From an uncultured Gammaproteobacteria bacterium (GTDB taxonomy: Bacteria > Patescibacteriota > Microgenomatia > UBA8517), in contig CAZIPM010000002.1 of the NCBI GenBank assembly GCA_964541395.1, positions 41,309 to 105,308 of the forward strand: a stretch of 64,000 nt of DNA, read 5' to 3'. The notes under the pieces were generated by a model. It ran no database searches. It saw only the letters and a program-made list of their open reading frames with translations, and was not told the DNA's origin. This document shows positions 17,469-27,689 of the stretch, in pieces. Position numbers and translations under genes: made by a program. Each line of letters opens with the position of its first letter. The stretch's first letter is position 1.

Positions 17469-19097
17469 TTATTCGCTTTGATTGCTAGACTTCATATCTC
17501 TAATTTTCAACTGGATACTTTTAATGTTATTCCATTGATTTTCTTCAATGGAAAAGACAATATCAACTGCAGTTGATTTAGAAATAGAAATATTAGGATC
17601 ATGATTAAACCAGATTGCATCTAAAGTTTTGTCACCTTGAGTGAGTTTTAGTTTTAAATGCTTTTCTTCTGCACCGACTGGCTTAGAACTTGGTATTTTT
17701 ACTGACCTACTTGCAAACAAAGCTGGATAGTTTCCCTGTCCATATGGTTCAAACTTTTTTAAATCATCCACTAATTTTTGATTAATACAGTCAAAATCCA
17801 ATTGCATATCAATTCTTAATTTTCTTTGGAGCAACTCTTCTGTGAGAAACTCCTTTGAAATTTCATTAATTTTTTTACTGAATTCTAAAATCCTTGATGT
17901 TTCAATTGAAAATCCTGCAGCCATAGGATGCCCTCCTCCTTCCAATATAATTCCAGTTTTTTTTATCGCTTCTATTATATTAAATCCTGCTATTGATCTT
18001 GCAGATGCTTTTGAAATCTCAACACCTTGGGAGATGACAATCGAAGGTCGGTAAAACTTTTCCGTAATTTTGCCTGATGCCAAACCTATTATTCCCTCAT
18101 GGTATTGTCCTGATAAAACTATTATATTTTCCAATTCCTGTTTTTTGGATTGAGTTAACGCCCTTGTTATTGCATCATCAACAACTCTTTGTCTTTCAAG
18201 ATTTGTGTCTGAAAGAACTTTGGCTAAATCATTTGCCTTCTTATAGTCTCTTGTACAAATCAACCTTAAAGAATCCAGAGCATGGGATAATCTTCCCATG
18301 GCATTAATCCTTGGAGCAAGAATATACCCGATTTCATACACCCCAACATTTAATATGTTGGCGGATCTTATCAAAGCTTTAAGTCCTACCCTTTTGGTTT
18401 TATTTAATTCATGAAGTCCATATTTAACCAACGACCTGTTAATACCCAGCAGAGTCATTTGGTCTGCAACTGTTCCTAGAGCTACAAGATCAAGCCCATC
18501 ATTTCCACCCAATTCACGGGATAAAAACCAGGCAAGAGCAGATCCACAAACAGATGTAGAATGAAAAACTGCAAAGGCTTCATTTTTTTTATCTCCTACC
18601 GTATGGTGATCAACTACAATAACATCAATTCCCAAATCTTTTGCTTTTTTGATTCCTTTATATGCAACAATACCGTTATCTACAGTGATAATCAGATTGG
18701 GTTTTAAGGAATTGAAATTGGGATTTTCAATAGTTTTGGCTTTAAAACCATATCCTTCTTCAAATCTGTCAGGGATATAAGGTAGTGCGTCATAACCTTT
18801 TTTAAAGAGGGTTTCCCAGAGAATAGCTGTTGCACAAACCCCGTCTGCATCATAATCTCCAAAAATAATAATTCTTTCTTTCTTTTCTTTAGCTATTTTT
18901 AATCTGTTAATTATTTTTTTAACTGTTTCAATATTTATTCCCAACTGTTTTAAACTGATATCGTTGGGGTTAATAGGTTCCAAAAAATCTTTTATATCCT
19001 TTTTTGTTTTAAGTCCTCTGTTAATTAAAAGAAGTTTAATGATTTCGTCAGAATCAGTTATCGCTTTTTTAGAATTATGCAGTACTTCCCATTTCAT
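17469..19097 (-). CDS. recJ: Single-stranded-DNA-specific exonuclease RecJ
   Basis: GDYDADG, TVDNG, DHH, GTVAD, PRINAMGR and GGGHPMAAG motifs. Confidence 0.96.
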   Translation of the reverse strand: MKWEVLHNSKKAITDSDEIIKLLLINRGLKTKKDIKDFLEPINPNDISLKQLGINIETVKKIINRLKIAKEKKERIIIFGDYDADGVCATAILWETLFKKGYDALPYIPDRFEEGYGFKAKTIENPNFNSLKPNLIITVDNGIVAYKGIKKAKDLGIDVIVVDHHTVGDKKNEAFAVFHSTSVCGSALAWFLSRELGGNDGLDLVALGTVADQMTLLGINRSLVKYGLHELNKTKRVGLKALIRSANILNVGVYEIGYILAPRINAMGRLSHALDSLRLICTRDYKKANDLAKVLSDTNLERQRVVDDAITRALTQSKKQELENIIVLSGQYHEGIIGLASGKITEKFYRPSIVISQGVEISKASARSIAGFNIIEAIKKTGIILEGGGHPMAAGFSIETSRILEFSKKINEISKEFLTEELLQRKLRIDMQLDFDCINQKLVDDLKKFEPYGQGNYPALFASRSVKIPSSKPVGAEEKHLKLKLTQGDKTLDAIWFNHDPNISISKSTAVDIVFSIEENQWNNIKSIQLKIRDMKSSNQSE

Positions 19098-19116
19098 GCT
19101 GGTATAATGGTAGCAT

Positions 19117-20466
19117 ATGATCTTTAAACTTCCAGCTGAGGTACAGGAGATTCTTGTAAATTTTCAAAAGTCGGGTTTTGAAATTTATATAGTTGGCGGA
19201 GCAGTCCGTGACATGATCATGGGTAAAGATGTAACCGATTGGGATTTTACTACTAATGCCTCGCCTGAAGACATTTTAAGGATTATTCCAGACGGTTTTT
19301 ACGACAACAAATTCGGGACGGTTGGGTTGGTAATAGAAGGCACGGAAGAACCATTTGAGATTACTACTTACAGGACAGAATATGGTTATTCGGACAATAG
19401 ACGTCCAGATAAAGTTGAGTGGGGTAAGACTCTGGAAGAGGATTTACAAAGACGTGACTTTACAATCAACGCTTTAGCATATGACGGCAAAAAGATAATT
19501 GATTATTACGGTGGTCAGGAGGATATTAAAAACAAAGTCTTAAAAGCAGTAGGGAATCCAACTGAACGTTTTCAGGAAGATGCTCTCAGAATGATGCGTG
19601 CGGTCAGAATAGCGGGGGAATTAATTTTTAAAATAGAAGAAGAAACTTTTGAAGCGATTAAAACCAATGTTTCTTTAATCGGTAAAATCGCTAAAGAAAG
19701 AGTCAAAGATGAATTATTCAAAATTTTAAGAAGCAATAATCCCTACGAAGGATTGCTTCACCTAAAAGAGACAGGTTTAATGCAGGAGATACTACCGGAA
19801 CTATCAAAATGTTTTGGGGTAGAACAAAAATCTCCACAAAGACATCATGTTTACGATGTTGGTACACATTTACTCATGGCTTTGAAGGAATGTAAATCAA
19901 CAGATCCCGTTACCCGTTTTGCTACCCTTATTCATGACATAGGTAAACCACAAACCTACAGAAAATTGGGGACTGGAGTTATCACTTTCTATAACCATGA
20001 AATGGTTTCAACCAAAATTGCCATAAATATAGCAGACAGACTTAAATTATCGACAAAAGAAAAAGACAAACTAATTAAACTGGTAAGATTTCATCAGTTT
20101 ACAGTTGATGAGCATCAAACAGATTCAGCCGTCAGAAGATTTATTACAAATGTCGGACTGGAATATGTAGAAGATATGTTAGCCCTTCGAGTTGCGGACA
20201 GATTGGGTGGAGGAGCTACAGAAACATCCTGGCGGTTGGAAGAATTCAAAAAAAGACTTTTAGAAGTGCAAAAACAACCTTTCTTAATTAAAGATTTAAA
20301 AATAAACGGAAATGATGTAATGAGGGTTCTAAAATTAAAACCCGGACCAAAAGTAGGGGAGATTTTAGAAAAGTTATTTAACGAAGTTGTGGAAAACAAC
20401 ATACCCAATGAAAGAGAAGTTCTATTAAAAAACATTAAAACGATTGAACAGAAACTGAAACAATAA
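19117..20466 (+). CDS. cca: CCA tRNA nucleotidyltransferase with HD domain
   Basis: VGGAVRD..DWDFTT, RRDFTINA, EDALRMMRA and LIHDIGKP motifs. Confidence 0.92.
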   Translation: MIFKLPAEVQEILVNFQKSGFEIYIVGGAVRDMIMGKDVTDWDFTTNASPEDILRIIPDGFYDNKFGTVGLVIEGTEEPFEITTYRTEYGYSDNRRPDKVEWGKTLEEDLQRRDFTINALAYDGKKIIDYYGGQEDIKNKVLKAVGNPTERFQEDALRMMRAVRIAGELIFKIEEETFEAIKTNVSLIGKIAKERVKDELFKILRSNNPYEGLLHLKETGLMQEILPELSKCFGVEQKSPQRHHVYDVGTHLLMALKECKSTDPVTRFATLIHDIGKPQTYRKLGTGVITFYNHEMVSTKIAINIADRLKLSTKEKDKLIKLVRFHQFTVDEHQTDSAVRRFITNVGLEYVEDMLALRVADRLGGGATETSWRLEEFKKRLLEVQKQPFLIKDLKINGNDVMRVLKLKPGPKVGEILEKLFNEVVENNIPNEREVLLKNIKTIEQKLKQ

Positions 20467-20704
20467 CACCATTCTGATAAGTACTTGAACTAGGCAGGAG
20501 AACCTGACCTTCAGACACGGTTACGTTGGCAAATCTTACTCCTGGTGACCCAGTATCTGTTAAGTCTACTGCATACATTTCATCTTTTTTAATGCGGGTT
20601 ACTCTCAATCTCCTGGTGGTTATATCTTTTCCTCTTCCAACAGATTCACTAAATACATCACCAATTCCAAGAACTAATAGCAGTGGTCCAGTATTTTGTT
20701 CCAT
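20435..20704 (-). CDS. Hypothetical small protein
   Basis: ORF with upstream TATAAT, convergent overlap with the cca end. Confidence 0.5.
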   Translation of the reverse strand: MEQNTGPLLLVLGIGDVFSESVGRGKDITTRRLRVTRIKKDEMYAVDLTDTGSPGVRFANVTVSEGQVLLPSSSTYQNGVIVSVSVQSF

Positions 20705-20740
20705 ATTAATAATCCTATTATACCCTATATTAAAAAGGGG

Positions 20741-21535
20741 TCAATATTTAGATTTTTTAAATTTCTTTTCCAACCTTTCCCAAGTAATAAGAAGTGGGAC
20801 TGCGACGAATGGAGATGAATAAGTTCCTGAAATTGTTCCAATCAGAAGTGCAATTGCAAACCACCTAATTGTATCTCCACCCAAAAGTACAAGTGATAAA
20901 AGCATAAAGATAATGGTGAAAGAATTATTGAGTGACCTGTTCATTGTCTCCGTAATAGCTGAATTTACTACATTAATTAGTTCTCCTCCTTCTTTTTTCT
21001 GTTTCTCACGAATCCTGTCAAAAACAACTATTGTGTCATGCACTGAGAACGAAAGAATTGTCAATGCTGCAGTTACAAATAAAAAGTCAATTTCGGCTCC
21101 AAAAAAATGTCCTAAGATAGAAAAGCCTCCGATTAACATCAAGGTATCGTGAAGCATAGCCAGAATTGCCGATACTCCAAATTTAATACTTTTAAACTGT
21201 ATGGTTACCCAAATAAGAATTAAGAGGGCAGAAATTCCCAAAGCATAGACAGTTTTTTTGATAAGCTCAGGACCGATTGAAGGGCCCACAGTTTCAAATT
21301 TTAATTCTTCTCCATCTTTTTTTAGCTCTGCCCTGATTTTTGCAACTTCTTCATCAGACTTGGCCGGATATCTGTAATTTTTAATCTCCCCACTTGGTAA
21401 TTTATACTCAGCCACCACACCTCCTGAAAAATCAATCCCTAAATTCAACTTCCAATTTAATAAACTGTAAATTCCAAAAGACAAAAAAACCATAGATATA
21501 ATTAAATAAATAATCCTGTATTTCATCCAATTCAT
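20741..21535 (-). CDS. secF: Protein translocase subunit SecF
   Basis: LGIDFSGG, VGPSIG, HDTIVVFDRIRE and GTYSS motifs. Confidence 0.96.
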   Translation of the reverse strand: MNWMKYRIIYLIISMVFLSFGIYSLLNWKLNLGIDFSGGVVAEYKLPSGEIKNYRYPAKSDEEVAKIRAELKKDGEELKFETVGPSIGPELIKKTVYALGISALLILIWVTIQFKSIKFGVSAILAMLHDTLMLIGGFSILGHFFGAEIDFLFVTAALTILSFSVHDTIVVFDRIREKQKKEGGELINVVNSAITETMNRSLNNSFTIIFMLLSLVLLGGDTIRWFAIALLIGTISGTYSSPFVAVPLLITWERLEKKFKKSKY

Positions 21536-21539
21536 ATTT

Positions 21540-22802
21540 TTAAGTTTTTATTCTCCTTTCATTAACTAATAGTCTCATTAAATTCCTGGAAACCACAACT
21601 CCTGTAAAAAGTGAGATACCAATTCCCAGTGCTAGGGTAATTGCAAAGCCTCTGACAGGGCCTGAGGTATGTAAGAAACCCCAGTCTAAAGGATTGGCTA
21701 AAATGAAAGCGGTGACCAAGGTTGCAATATTGGCATCCCTAATTGAATCCCAAGCTCTTCCAAATGCCACTTCCAAAGCGTCCGCAATTGGTCTTTTTTT
21801 GATTTCTTCCTTAAGACGTTCAAATATCAAAATATTGCTATCAACTGCCATGCCAACTGATAGTAAGAATCCTGCAATTCCTGGCAGTGTCAGAACAACT
21901 GGGATAAGTTTATAAACAGCTAAAGTTAAAATACCAAATATCAAAAGGGCGACAACTGCAATTAGACCGTTTTTTCTGTAAACCAAAATCATAAACAGAG
22001 CCACCATTATAATTCCCACAAACCCTGCTTTTATACTTTTTTCAATTGAATCGGCTCCAAGTGTTGCTCCTACACTTCTTTCTTCTACAAGTTTTATGGG
22101 AACAGGAAGCGCTCCTGCATTTAGTTGTATTTCCAAATTTTTTGCTTCATCTAAGGTAAAAGTTCCCGATATTTGGGCTTTCCCACCTACTATTTTTTCT
22201 TGGACTATAGGAGCAGATACCATATTCTGATCCAGCACAATTGCAAGTGGCTGATTAATATTTTTTCCCGTTATTTCTTCAAATTTCTTTGATCCCTCTT
22301 CATTAAATTGAATTGAAACTGAAGGCTTGCCGGTATTTTGATCAAAAACCACATCTGCAGATTTTAAATCTGCACCTGTCAGGTTGGTAGGTACCAATGA
22401 GGCAGAAGGGGTGGCACTACCGTTAGCAGGATCCTGCTTTACCTCTGAAAAAACCAGTTGAGCGGTTTTACCCAATAGAGCAGCTGCTTCTTGAGGGTTA
22501 TTTACTCCGGGAAGTTCGATAATTACCCTGTTTTTCCCTTCAAAAGTAGAGGTTAATACATTTGGTTCAGATACTCCAAAAAGATTGACTCTTCTTTCCA
22601 AAACGTTTCTTAATGAACTAATAGCTTTTTCACGGTCAGAATCATTCAAGTTTGATGTATCTACATCATAAGTAAGTCTGCTTCCACCTGACAGATCAAG
22701 ACCTAATTTAAGTCTGTATTTTGACCACGGAGAACTAATAAAGGCCGCTATGGCGGCCAGTATGAATATAAAAAATATTTTAACTAACAAGTTCTTCTTC
22801 AT
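21540..22802 (-). CDS. secD: Protein translocase subunit SecD
   Basis: LGLDLSGG, GVSEP, AGALP and GMAVDSNILIFER motifs. Confidence 0.96.
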   Translation of the reverse strand: MKKNLLVKIFFIFILAAIAAFISSPWSKYRLKLGLDLSGGSRLTYDVDTSNLNDSDREKAISSLRNVLERRVNLFGVSEPNVLTSTFEGKNRVIIELPGVNNPQEAAALLGKTAQLVFSEVKQDPANGSATPSASLVPTNLTGADLKSADVVFDQNTGKPSVSIQFNEEGSKKFEEITGKNINQPLAIVLDQNMVSAPIVQEKIVGGKAQISGTFTLDEAKNLEIQLNAGALPVPIKLVEERSVGATLGADSIEKSIKAGFVGIIMVALFMILVYRKNGLIAVVALLIFGILTLAVYKLIPVVLTLPGIAGFLLSVGMAVDSNILIFERLKEEIKKRPIADALEVAFGRAWDSIRDANIATLVTAFILANPLDWGFLHTSGPVRGFAITLALGIGISLFTGVVVSRNLMRLLVNERRIKT

Positions 22803-23364
22803 CGCCTATTATCATTACTCTACTGTCCATAAAAATACTTTGCAGGAAAGGATCCCTTCTTTTCTTCCTGAAGTCAAGCTCTTCACGACTCATAACCGTG
22901 TAGTTTATTTCCCTGCCCATTTTGGATTCTTCGGCTCTGATTATAGCAGCCAATTCCGGCATGACAACCTCTCCTACCACCAAGATGTCAACTCCTTCGT
23001 CATTTCTTCTCTGCTTTCGCCTGACGAACTTACCTGAAAACATGACAAATCCGAGTTTTCCGATTTTGTTTTTATTCTCAATAAAAGTTTTACCCAATCC
23101 GGTTGTTTTGGCGGTTATTTCCAACAAATCTGCATAAAGTGGGTAATCCCGTCTGATAAAATAATAGACTCTGTTACCCCTAGGTTCTTTTTTCAGGATG
23201 CCTGCTTTTTCAAATCTGTCCAATTCACGCCTGACAGCATTGATTTCTTCTTTTACTTCCCTAACAATTCCCCTGACATGATACATCTCGGTTAAATCGG
23301 AAAAAAAGAGATCGAGTATTTTTACCCGTACTTTAGAAGTTATAATGTCACCTAAGTCTGCCAT
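22780..23364 (-). CDS. Winged-helix regulator fused to a degenerate minimal nucleotidyltransferase-like domain
   Basis: SKVRVKIL..F, NAVRREL helix; FSG.F...VDILVVG...REINYTV. Confidence 0.7.
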   Translation of the reverse strand: MADLGDIITSKVRVKILDLFFSDLTEMYHVRGIVREVKEEINAVRRELDRFEKAGILKKEPRGNRVYYFIRRDYPLYADLLEITAKTTGLGKTFIENKNKIGKLGFVMFSGKFVRRKQRRNDEGVDILVVGEVVMPELAAIIRAEESKMGREINYTVMSREELDFRKKRRDPFLQSIFMDSRVMIIGDEEELVS

Positions 23365-24579
23365 TTAATAATTGATGTCATTACCTACCGGAACTACTTC
23401 GATCCAGATAGGACCTCTGATAAAAGAGATTTCAGCTCCTTCTTCGTCAAAAAATACTTCACGGGAAGTGGCAGAATCTTTTTCCCAGGTAGCTTTAATT
23501 ATTTGACCGTTCTGAAATACCAAAGCATCTCCTTTACCTACTACTTCATAATACATATGATGCTCACTGTCAACAGGTCCTTTTTCTTTGGCGAACAGTA
23601 TTACCACGTTTTTGGCAACTAAAGGTGTCTTCTCAAATGCCTGATCAACATGAACCACTCCGCCATTTTTTCTGACATATCTGTTAGTTCCTTGGTCATA
23701 TGACCAGATTACGTCATAATCAGCCCAGTTATCCCAAAACCTGAATGATATTTCGGAGGCAGTTGGAGTTTGCGGTTTGTCATCACTAAACTGCCAGACT
23801 TTAAAATCTTCATTCCAGGCCACTCCATCACTGTCTTTAAATTCAAAACCTCTTTTTTTGGCTTCATTATAAACAGCATCGAGGGATGCTACTACCGAAT
23901 GCTCCCAAGCTGCAGGCTCAGACGAGAGTCTGTATTGATCACGTATGACTATAGGTACTCCGATATTGTAACCTCCGTCCATATCATTACCTCTCTGACC
24001 GTTTCTCCAACCCAGTTTGTCCAAAAGACCGTAAGCATCAACTTCTTTGGCTACCTGACTGGTGGACTTTATTCCTCCCGGACAATCTCCACAGAGTCTA
24101 TTGGCTGCACCCTGATGCAAAAAGATGGGGAATGATCCGTATCCTGCTGCCAGGTTAACAAAATAGACTCTGGCACTTCTAATGGGTGCCATTTTGACTT
24201 CTTCGGCAACTCCCGCACAGTAGAAAATTCCCAAAAACCTGGTTATGCCACCTTCCGCAACTGCTTCATAAACAATATCTGCTTTGGAAAGCCCAGACTG
24301 AGGCCTGGCATCTTTGTGGTTTTCTATCACTACTGCCGTCGGTCTTCTGGTATCCCAAATATCCCGTTCTGCTTTTGTAAATTTAGCGCCGTTTATCGGA
24401 CAGATTTCTGTTTTAGGTTTGGATAGATCAATTCTGGATCTTTTGGTCTCAGTTCCTGAAGAACTCCCTGGATCCTTTATAAGATAGGTAAAAGCTGCCA
24501 TGGAAACTCCTGTGGAAACCAAAAAAAGACCCACAAATCCTAAAATGAGTGTTAAGTGTTTATTAAAAAAACTTTTCAT
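23365..24579 (-). CDS. DUF3048 (YerB-like) membrane-anchored protein
   Basis: IENHKDARPQSGL..ADIVYEAVAEGGITRF and PIRSAR motifs. Confidence 0.88.
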   Translation of the reverse strand: MKSFFNKHLTLILGFVGLFLVSTGVSMAAFTYLIKDPGSSSGTETKRSRIDLSKPKTEICPINGAKFTKAERDIWDTRRPTAVVIENHKDARPQSGLSKADIVYEAVAEGGITRFLGIFYCAGVAEEVKMAPIRSARVYFVNLAAGYGSFPIFLHQGAANRLCGDCPGGIKSTSQVAKEVDAYGLLDKLGWRNGQRGNDMDGGYNIGVPIVIRDQYRLSSEPAAWEHSVVASLDAVYNEAKKRGFEFKDSDGVAWNEDFKVWQFSDDKPQTPTASEISFRFWDNWADYDVIWSYDQGTNRYVRKNGGVVHVDQAFEKTPLVAKNVVILFAKEKGPVDSEHHMYYEVVGKGDALVFQNGQIIKATWEKDSATSREVFFDEEGAEISFIRGPIWIEVVPVGNDINY

Positions 24580-24613
24580 AATTTTATTTTTCAGTCTGGT
24601 CTAAACGATAAAT

Positions 24614-25063
24614 TTATTTCAAAGCCTGAATAAGTGCCTTGGATTCTTCTTCCGACAATTCCACCAAGCCTTTACCTGCTTTAATTATTTTAGTATACAG
24701 TCTTGTACGTTCTCTTGTATGCAGACTAGTAATAATAATACCATTTTTATTTCCATCCAAAAGCACCAAAGAGAATGAATGATCTCCACCTGATTCGTTA
24801 AAGGGGTTAAATTTAACAAGACCAATTTTTTGAATATGTTTTAAAGCATCATTGGCTAAATTGACAACTTCGGTTTTAACATCTTTCAAATCTTTGGTAT
24901 TTAAGTTTTGGATCTCTTCGATTGTTTTGAAAGTTTTGATAAAATCCCCTTCTTTGCTGTCTTTTAGTAAATTCTTGATTCTCAGGAAGAACCAGTAAGT
25001 AAATCCGGAAAGAAGAAGTAACCAGATGATTGATATTACCCCCAGATTTAAGTTAATATTCAT
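24614..25063 (-). CDS. DUF4446 family protein
   Basis: GLVKFNPF...GGDHSFSLVLLD..NG and LSEEE motifs. Confidence 0.85.
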   Translation of the reverse strand: MNINLNLGVISIIWLLLLSGFTYWFFLRIKNLLKDSKEGDFIKTFKTIEEIQNLNTKDLKDVKTEVVNLANDALKHIQKIGLVKFNPFNESGGDHSFSLVLLDGNKNGIIITSLHTRERTRLYTKIIKAGKGLVELSEEESKALIQALK

Positions 25064-25090
25064 TTGCAGTAATTAGGATAACTTAAATCC

Positions 25091-25321
25091 ATGGCAAAAA
25101 AAAGAACAAGAAAGCAGAAACAGGCAGCTGAGGTCAGGCATGTCAATAGTCAATTTCAAATTAAATTCGAACCAGGTTCAGCCGTACTACCAAAAGTCAA
25201 AAAATCCATAGATACGGCACAAACTCCTGAGACAGCCTCAATTAAAAAAGAACTTTTAAGAAGCTTAACCATAGCTTCACTGATCCTAATTAGCCTTGTA
25301 GTGCTATACTGGTTCTCGTAA
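25091..25321 (+). CDS. Small protein with basic N-terminus and C-terminal TM helix
   Basis: MAKKRTRKQK...IASLILISLVVLYWFS. Confidence 0.7.
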   Translation: MAKKRTRKQKQAAEVRHVNSQFQIKFEPGSAVLPKVKKSIDTAQTPETASIKKELLRSLTIASLILISLVVLYWFS

Positions 25322-25343
25322 TGGAAAAGGGGGTGATTTATTT

Positions 25344-25481
25344 ATGATGTACTGCGTAAAGTGTCGCCAGAAGAGAGAAGGTAAAGATGCACAGGCCGTA
25401 ACCATGAAGAATGGTAAGAAAGCAACCAAAGCGGTTTGTGAAGTCTGCGGAACCACAATGTTCAAGATTGGTGGAAACTAA
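25344..25481 (+). CDS. DUF5679-type small zinc-ribbon protein (45 aa, missed by ORF track)
   Basis: MMYCVKCRQKREGKDAQAVTMKNGKKATKAVCEVCGTTMFKIGGN; SD AAGGGGGTGA. Confidence 0.85.
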   Translation: MMYCVKCRQKREGKDAQAVTMKNGKKATKAVCEVCGTTMFKIGGN

Positions 25482-25518
25482 TTTTGAAATTGTTTTTTCA
25501 ATCTTCAAGAAGCACTAC

Positions 25519-26061
25519 ATGTTAGTGCCTCTTGAGGTGTTTAAGGATAATCCCTATAAAACACTTATCTCAACACTTCTATCCTCCAGAACCAGGGATG
25601 AAGTTACCCTTGAAGCTTCGAAAAGATTATTTAGAGTAGCCCCCAACTTAAAAGCACTCAGAAAAATTGATGAGAAAACTATTGAGAAGCTTATTTATCC
25701 CGTAGGATTTTCAAAAACAAAAGCAAAATATTTAAAAATGCTTTCTGGTTTAATTGATGGTGTACCTAAAACGAGAGAGGGACTAATGAAGCTACCAGGT
25801 GTTGGTAGAAAAACTGCTAATCTGGTTTTAAACAGAGCTTTTCATATTCCTGCAATTGCAGTTGACACTCATGTCCACAGAATTAGTAATTTACTGGGGT
25901 GGGTAAAAACAAAATCTCCGGAAAAAACTGAAGTTTCACTGATAAAAATTTTACCTAAAATATACTGGCCTGATATCAATAGATTATTTGTAAGTATAGG
26001 ACGTCAATTTAGATCAATAAAAAAACTTAAAGAATTTTTAAAAGCTAATCTATTGATTTGA
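25519..26061 (+). CDS. nth: Endonuclease III-like HhH-GPD glycosylase lacking the C-terminal Fe-S motif (start uncertain)
   Basis: LISTLLSSRTRD, LPGVGRKTAN and AVDTHVHRI; the track start at 25411 overlaps the zinc-ribbon gene. Confidence 0.85.
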   Translation: MLVPLEVFKDNPYKTLISTLLSSRTRDEVTLEASKRLFRVAPNLKALRKIDEKTIEKLIYPVGFSKTKAKYLKMLSGLIDGVPKTREGLMKLPGVGRKTANLVLNRAFHIPAIAVDTHVHRISNLLGWVKTKSPEKTEVSLIKILPKIYWPDINRLFVSIGRQFRSIKKLKEFLKANLLI

Positions 26062-26087
26062 TTAATACTCAATGTTAACATCCAAAT

Positions 26088-26834
26088 ATGAAGAGAGGGT
26101 TGAAAATCGCACTTGTAACAGGGGTATCAACTGGCATTGGGAAAGGTATTACAGAATTTTTATCCAAAAATGGATATCTTGTTCATGCAACATACAATGA
26201 AAGTAAAAAGGAAATATATCAGGCATTTGGGAAAAACCGTAATGTAATTATTCATCAATTAAATGTAAGTAATGAAAAAGAGGTAATCACTACACTAGAC
26301 AACATAAAACGTGAATCGAAAAAACTTGATTTACTAGTTAACAATGCCTCTGTCGATTTTTTAGTGACAATTGAGGATATGACTTCTATTCAATGGGATG
26401 AAACCTTTAACGTAAGAGCAAAAGGAACTTTTTTACTAACTAAATATAGCCTCGAATTATTAAGGAAATGTAAAAAGTCTACCATAATAAATATAACTTC
26501 TTCTTGGGCCTACGAGACTCAACCCTCATTCCCCGCTGCTGCTTCTGCGGAGGCTGCTAAAATGAATTTTACTAAAACATGCGCAGTTACCCTTGCTAAA
26601 TACGGAATCAGAACACATTCGGTAAATCCGGGTGTAACACGCACTCCTTTATGGGATCCTTGGGGAGTAGATGACAAAGGTTGGGAGCAAATGGCTAAAA
26701 ATAATCCACTAGGAAGGAACTGCACTTCGCTGGATGTAGCAAAAGTAATCTACTATTTAGACTCTGATGAAGCAGAATACTTAAACGGTGAGGAAATTTA
26801 CGTCAATGGCGGAAACCATTTGCGAAATTTGTAA
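26088..26834 (+). CDS. SDR family oxidoreductase (atypical active site)
   Basis: TGVSTGIG, LVNNA, NPG..RT and NPLGR; YxxxK replaced. Confidence 0.85.
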   Translation: MKRGLKIALVTGVSTGIGKGITEFLSKNGYLVHATYNESKKEIYQAFGKNRNVIIHQLNVSNEKEVITTLDNIKRESKKLDLLVNNASVDFLVTIEDMTSIQWDETFNVRAKGTFLLTKYSLELLRKCKKSTIINITSSWAYETQPSFPAAASAEAAKMNFTKTCAVTLAKYGIRTHSVNPGVTRTPLWDPWGVDDKGWEQMAKNNPLGRNCTSLDVAKVIYYLDSDEAEYLNGEEIYVNGGNHLRNL

Positions 26835-26856
26835 TAAATCATTAGGTTGGATATTA

Positions 26857-27300
26857 TTATTTTTCTACAACAATTGTAAGCGGCCCATCTAAGAAACAGT
26901 TAATTTCCATATAATCTCCAAAGCTTCCTGTTTCAATTTTCAAATTCTTATTTCTTAATTGCTCAACAAAATATAAATATAATTTCTTAGCATTTTCGGG
27001 ATCCTCAGCCTCAATAAAACTAGGTCTGTTTCCGTCTTTAGTATTTGCATATAAAGTAAATTGGGAAACAACTAGTATTTCTGACTTTGTATCTACAACT
27101 GAGAGGTTCATTTTATCTTTTTTATCAGACATTAGTCTTATTTTTAAAAGTTTTTCTACAAGTTGATCAGCATTTTTTTCCGTGTCACCCTTTTTAATCC
27201 CCAGAAGTACAAACAAACCTGCGCCAATTTCTCCCACAATTTCTTTGGTTTCTTTTTTTATTACTTTTGCTTTTTTGACTCGTTGTATTACTAATTTCAT
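26857..27300 (-). CDS. dtd: D-aminoacyl-tRNA deacylase
   Basis: MKLVIQRV, SQFTL, GNRPSF and DGP motifs. Confidence 0.95.
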   Translation of the reverse strand: MKLVIQRVKKAKVIKKETKEIVGEIGAGLFVLLGIKKGDTEKNADQLVEKLLKIRLMSDKKDKMNLSVVDTKSEILVVSQFTLYANTKDGNRPSFIEAEDPENAKKLYLYFVEQLRNKNLKIETGSFGDYMEINCFLDGPLTIVVEK

Positions 27301-27325
27301 ATCAGTTTTTATAAATGTTATTTTA

Positions 27326-27360
27326 CACAAAAAATCCCACTTTCTGTGGGACTCTTTGTG
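27326..27360 (-). terminator. Hairpin/terminator downstream of rnpB
   Basis: Minus strand CACAAAGAGTCCCAC-agaaa-GTGGGATTTTTTGTG. Confidence 0.55.
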
Positions 27361-27677
27361 CTTTAGAGGCTGTAAGCCAGGTTCTGTTTTTCAGACAACT
27401 ATCTATCTAAGCCCTCAAACTTTAGATCGTCACCTGTTTTACCAGGTGTCGGGAAAACATCCTAATAACGACCTGCTCGGAGGTTGCGGCGCGGAGGATT
27501 GCCCGTTTCACTTTCCACTATCTTTTAGGGATAGTGCAAAATCGTCTCTGTTGCTCTAACTGTCCCATGACCATTTAATTGATCATGACCTCCAGACTTT
27601 CGTCTGGACACGCTGTTTTCCGCCGCCTGGACTTTCCTCTGTAGCTTTCACTACAGCAATTGTCTCACCTCTAAAGC
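27360..27677 (-). ncRNA. rnpB: RNase P RNA
   Basis: Minus strand has GAGGAAAGTCC near the 5' end and ACAGAACCTGGCTTAC near the 3' end; P1 stem GCTTTAGAGG/CCTCTAAAGC closes it. Confidence 0.93.
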
Positions 27678-27689
27678 TCATACATTATA

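Noticed and set aside
25411-25518. N-terminal extension of nth in the ORF track
   Set aside because: It overlaps the real zinc-ribbon gene 25344-25481 in another frame.
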